Virus record (IMG/VR): IMGVR_UViG_3300031589_000002
Span: 1 to 59,143 of that record
Reading direction: 5' to 3' (one strand)
Length of the DNA: 59,143 bases
Source of the DNA: a virus
Taxonomy: Duplodnaviria; Caudoviricetes
The position numbers and the translations under genes were made by a program. This document shows positions 56,521-59,143 of this stretch, one piece after another; positions within the stretch are counted from its first letter, which is position 1, and every line of letters starts with the position of its first letter. The notes beneath the pieces are model-generated. The model was not told the origin of the DNA. It saw only the letters and a list, made by a program, of their open reading frames with translations, and did not search any database.

Positions 56521-56739
56521 TTAATAATCTAAATTGTACTCTATTGATATAGCCATATTTTTATTAAAATTTTTCCAAGGTAATTGAGATCCTTTCTTTT
56601 CAATGTATATGTTATATGCTCCGTCCTCTTCTAGTATATCACATATTTTGTGACCTCCGTAAACTTCCTGCCCAACGGCATAGTGCATAGCCTCATTCTT
56701 ATAGTCTTGGCCAACACTTATCTTTCTAATTAATTTCAT
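56521..56739 (-). CDS. Conserved hypothetical protein
   Basis: ORF track (IRKISVGQDYKNEAMHYAVGQ). Confidence 0.7.
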   Translation of the reverse strand: MKLIRKISVGQDYKNEAMHYAVGQEVYGGHKICDILEEDGAYNIYIEKKGSQLPWKNFNKNMAISIEYNLDY

Positions 56740-56749
56740 TAAATTTATT

Positions 56750-57106
56750 TTAGTATGTCCAAATAGTTGTGTCAGGCGCTCCAGGATAGCCTACTCCTAC
56801 GTGAACAAAATTACTTTTTCTTGATATGCCTATTCTTTTAAAACCGCATTTAATAGCAGCAGCAACCAACAGGTATGTAGCTTCTCCACCTACGCATTTG
56901 ATATCTACAGCAGCACCGTGTGCATGTTCCCCAGGTTTAGCCTTAGCAGCTTCTATCGGGTGATCTGGCGATCTATAAGATGAATTTATAGTTATAGGAA
57001 AACCGTATTCTTTTCTAAGAGCATCAAGCATTCCTAATAATTTAGGATCCATCTTGTCTATATTCCCCTTGAAATCATTTTTATCTGTGAAGTATTTTAA
57101 TTTCAT
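56750..57106 (-). CDS. Endolysin, peptidase M15A type
   Basis: INSSYRS, H..G.AVDI, FVHVG zinc-ligand pattern. Confidence 0.85.
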   Translation of the reverse strand: MKLKYFTDKNDFKGNIDKMDPKLLGMLDALRKEYGFPITINSSYRSPDHPIEAAKAKPGEHAHGAAVDIKCVGGEATYLLVAAAIKCGFKRIGISRKSNFVHVGVGYPGAPDTTIWTY

Positions 57107-57115
57107 ATAGTACTA

Positions 57116-57442
57116 TTATTGTTTTTTGTCTCTTTTATTACTTATTTGAATCTTAAGAGCATCTATTTTTTCCATAGAATATTCTATATCTTTCATTACA
57201 GCTTTAAACTCAACCCGCATATCTTGTACTTCTACTTCTAATTTTCTTTGATTAGGCCAAGTATACTTTTCAGTGTTTTCTTTTTGTTTAATTAGTTTCT
57301 CTTCAACAGAATTCATTCTAGCGTTTAAGCTGTAATAAGATCCAGCTACTGAAACTATCATAGCAGCTATTGTTATAATTTGGGGAAGCGATATTGTGAT
57401 ATCCGGTTTCCCATCCCCGTCAATATCTATTTTTGGGCTCAT
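57116..57442 (-). CDS. Single-TM coiled-coil lysis-associated protein
   Basis: N-terminal DIDGDGKPD loop, one TM helix, coiled coil. Confidence 0.55.
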   Translation of the reverse strand: MSPKIDIDGDGKPDITISLPQIITIAAMIVSVAGSYYSLNARMNSVEEKLIKQKENTEKYTWPNQRKLEVEVQDMRVEFKAVMKDIEYSMEKIDALKIQISNKRDKKQ

Positions 57443-57463
57443 AAGCTGTAAAGTATTTTAATT

Positions 57464-57622
57464 TTATTTATCGCATATTTTTTTGTATATATTTATACTT
57501 GTATAAATTATAGTCAATATCAATACTACAGTCTGTAGTATGGGAGTTATTCCTACTCCCTGCACGCTAGCAACTAATGCCGTTGAATTCAATCCGTATA
57601 CTTTTAGATCTGTTAATGTCAT
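57464..57622 (-). CDS. 52-aa holin-like membrane protein (not in track)
   Basis: MTLTDLKVYGLNSTALVASVQGVGITPILQTVVLILTIIYTSINIYKKICDK. Confidence 0.65.
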   Translation of the reverse strand: MTLTDLKVYGLNSTALVASVQGVGITPILQTVVLILTIIYTSINIYKKICDK

Positions 57623-58032
57623 TTATGTTTGTTATTTCCAAATACTTTTTCAACACCTCGCGATCCAAAATATCCCCCGATGACTATTGTTAGTAGCCCT
57701 GTTATATCATCTAATGGGTAACCCATATACCAACCTGCAACATATGACATTACCAAAAATATTAATGTTAGTGGTCTTACGTTAGCGGCGAGCCAGTTTC
57801 CTGATCTTGCGTCTGCTACCCATCTTTTTGTTGTTCCATCAATTTCCGCTCTTTCAATATCTAACTTTTTAAGAGCAACTTTTTTATCTTCTGGTGACAT
57901 ATCACTGCCGCCGATTATAGCTTGTATTACAGAACCTACGGGCGTATCGCTTGCAATAGCTCCAACAACACTGGGGATCTTCTGTAATAAGAACTTCCCG
58001 ACAGCAGTGTCTTTAAATTTTTTTTTAGACAT
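57619..58032 (-). CDS. Holin (3TM/GTA-holin-like)
   Basis: RW.AD..S..WLAANVRPLTLIFL...GGYFGSRGVEK motif. Confidence 0.7.
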   Translation of the reverse strand: MSKKKFKDTAVGKFLLQKIPSVVGAIASDTPVGSVIQAIIGGSDMSPEDKKVALKKLDIERAEIDGTTKRWVADARSGNWLAANVRPLTLIFLVMSYVAGWYMGYPLDDITGLLTIVIGGYFGSRGVEKVFGNNKHK

Positions 58033-58699
58033 TGTTTAGTTTTAGTGATTCTATTTCTTCTTTTAACTCCTGTATTGATTTAACTAATAAAGGTATTATT
58101 TTAGAATAGTCCACTGCCTGCATTTTTTCTGCATCTTTCTCTCCTGTTACTGCTTGAGGTAAAACCTCTTGAAGTTCGTGAGCCATTACACCATAACTTC
58201 TGCTTTTGTCAGACTTCCATCTGTAATCGTAAACAAGAATATCAGAAATCATATCCAAACCGTTAAAGCTTTGTAAATCTTCTTTTAATCTATAATCAGA
58301 AGATACGTTAAATGAAACTCCTGTGGTTCCATTTTGAGCTACCCCCCCAATTTGAGTTCCATTATAATAACAAGCTAAAAAATCAGCACCACTTGTTGAT
58401 CCTGTTTTATGACCTACTTTAATATAAGTATTTATAAGATTAGTATTTTGAATATAAACAGAACCGTTAGCTATGTTTGAGCTAGATGAAGTTCCAAATC
58501 CTACATCTCCATCAAAATACGAAGTACCATTTGAATTAACATTTAATATAGGTATACCCGATATGTCTGACACAGATAATAAATCCCCTGTTAGATCATC
58601 TGTTATTGAAAAAAGCTGTGCCAGAGTTCCCTGAACCTCAAGAACGTTGCTTGTACCGTCTACTAGGAGCCCATGTTTTATTTTAACTTCGTTTGCCAT
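58025..58699 (-). CDS. Tail fibre/spike protein with C-terminal peptidase S74 intramolecular chaperone
   Basis: SSDYRLKEDL...GVMAHELQEVLPQAV...VDYSKIIPLLVKSIQEL. Confidence 0.85.
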   Translation of the reverse strand: MANEVKIKHGLLVDGTSNVLEVQGTLAQLFSITDDLTGDLLSVSDISGIPILNVNSNGTSYFDGDVGFGTSSSSNIANGSVYIQNTNLINTYIKVGHKTGSTSGADFLACYYNGTQIGGVAQNGTTGVSFNVSSDYRLKEDLQSFNGLDMISDILVYDYRWKSDKSRSYGVMAHELQEVLPQAVTGEKDAEKMQAVDYSKIIPLLVKSIQELKEEIESLKLNNV

Positions 58700-58726
58700 A
58701 ATTGTTTCCTTTCATTTTCCAGGTTA

Positions 58727-59143
58727 TTATATATTAAATCTTTTTTTATATGCTTTGTAGTTTCGTTTCACTTCCTCAGGCGTTAGTCCTTTATTGTACA
58801 TTTTCATTACGTATATTGAGCCATTCCAAGAATAAGAAGTAGTGGTGCGCCACCTACCCATTTGTAGGCCATTGTAAAAATTAGCAGTTCCGGTGGAACT
58901 TCGTGTCCCTAAGCTAACACCGTTTTGAAAAGCTTCTAAAACACTGCCATTATAAGTTATAGTCCAATGATGTAGTCCTGTTGCAACCCCAGGATTAGGG
59001 TTGAAGTAGTTATTAAAATCATTGCTATGGTTGTACCTCCATGTTGTTGCGCCCCATTTGTAAAAATGGTCTTGGGTTTTTGAAGATATTGACATTTTAT
59101 TTGCAACAGATGTTTCGTACACCATATCAAAAGAATATTCATC
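58727..59143 (-). CDS. LamG/concanavalin-like lectin domain tail protein, partial (start beyond window)
   Basis: Frame open to the right edge; HHWTITYNGS.LEAFQNGV...MGR....WNGSI...MYNKGLTPEEV..NY. Confidence 0.8.
   Translation of the reverse strand, partial: DEYSFDMVYETSVANKMSISSKTQDHFYKWGATTWRYNHSNDFNNYFNPNPGVATGLHHWTITYNGSVLEAFQNGVSLGTRSSTGTANFYNGLQMGRWRTTTSYSWNGSIYVMKMYNKGLTPEEVKRNYKAYKKRFNI

Noticed and set aside
1-59143. Circular join of the two ends into one tail gene
   Set aside because: Joining gives T+GA (stop) where the motif SWIQAQD...N would be expected to continue; no terminal overlap, so sequence is missing.
1-59143. Stop-codon reassignment, introns/inteins, integrase
   Set aside because: Core genes are full length and uninterrupted in code 11; no lysogeny module seen.

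Overview
Most of the genome of a lytic, podovirus-like dsDNA tailed phage in standard genetic code; both window ends fall inside tail-fibre genes and do not join. The host is probably a marine Bacteroidota (Flavobacteriia): there are AT-rich leaders without Shine-Dalgarno sites and a TTTG-N19-TAnnTTTG promoter. Two transcription units diverge from a non-coding region at about 7.6-8.05 kb. The rightward unit (8.05-24.6 kb) holds many tiny early genes behind seven copies of AATACGTTACA-N14-GTGATAAT, including an Ocr-like DNA mimic. It continues with ATP-dependent ligase, a sigma70-family factor, an ERF/RecE-like recombination pair, SSB, T7-type primase-helicase, ThyA, MazG-like proteins, an endonuclease I-like resolvase and NrdB/NrdA; no DNA polymerase is recognisable. 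The leftward genes comprise a pseudoknot-rich ~190-nt RNA candidate, very basic small proteins, GroEL/GroES and tail fibres, and (24.6-59.1 kb) lysis genes, terminase, portal, scaffold, capsid, tail rings/nozzle, a 2347-aa TSP3-repeat protein and ejection proteins. Main hypothesis: the 2201-aa putative ejection protein contains a sigma-factor-like domain (region 2 plus HTH), an HNH-like module and a C-terminal HExxH protease. It may act as a virion-delivered sigma factor for the non-host-type early promoters. All homology calls are by eye and need profile or structure confirmation.
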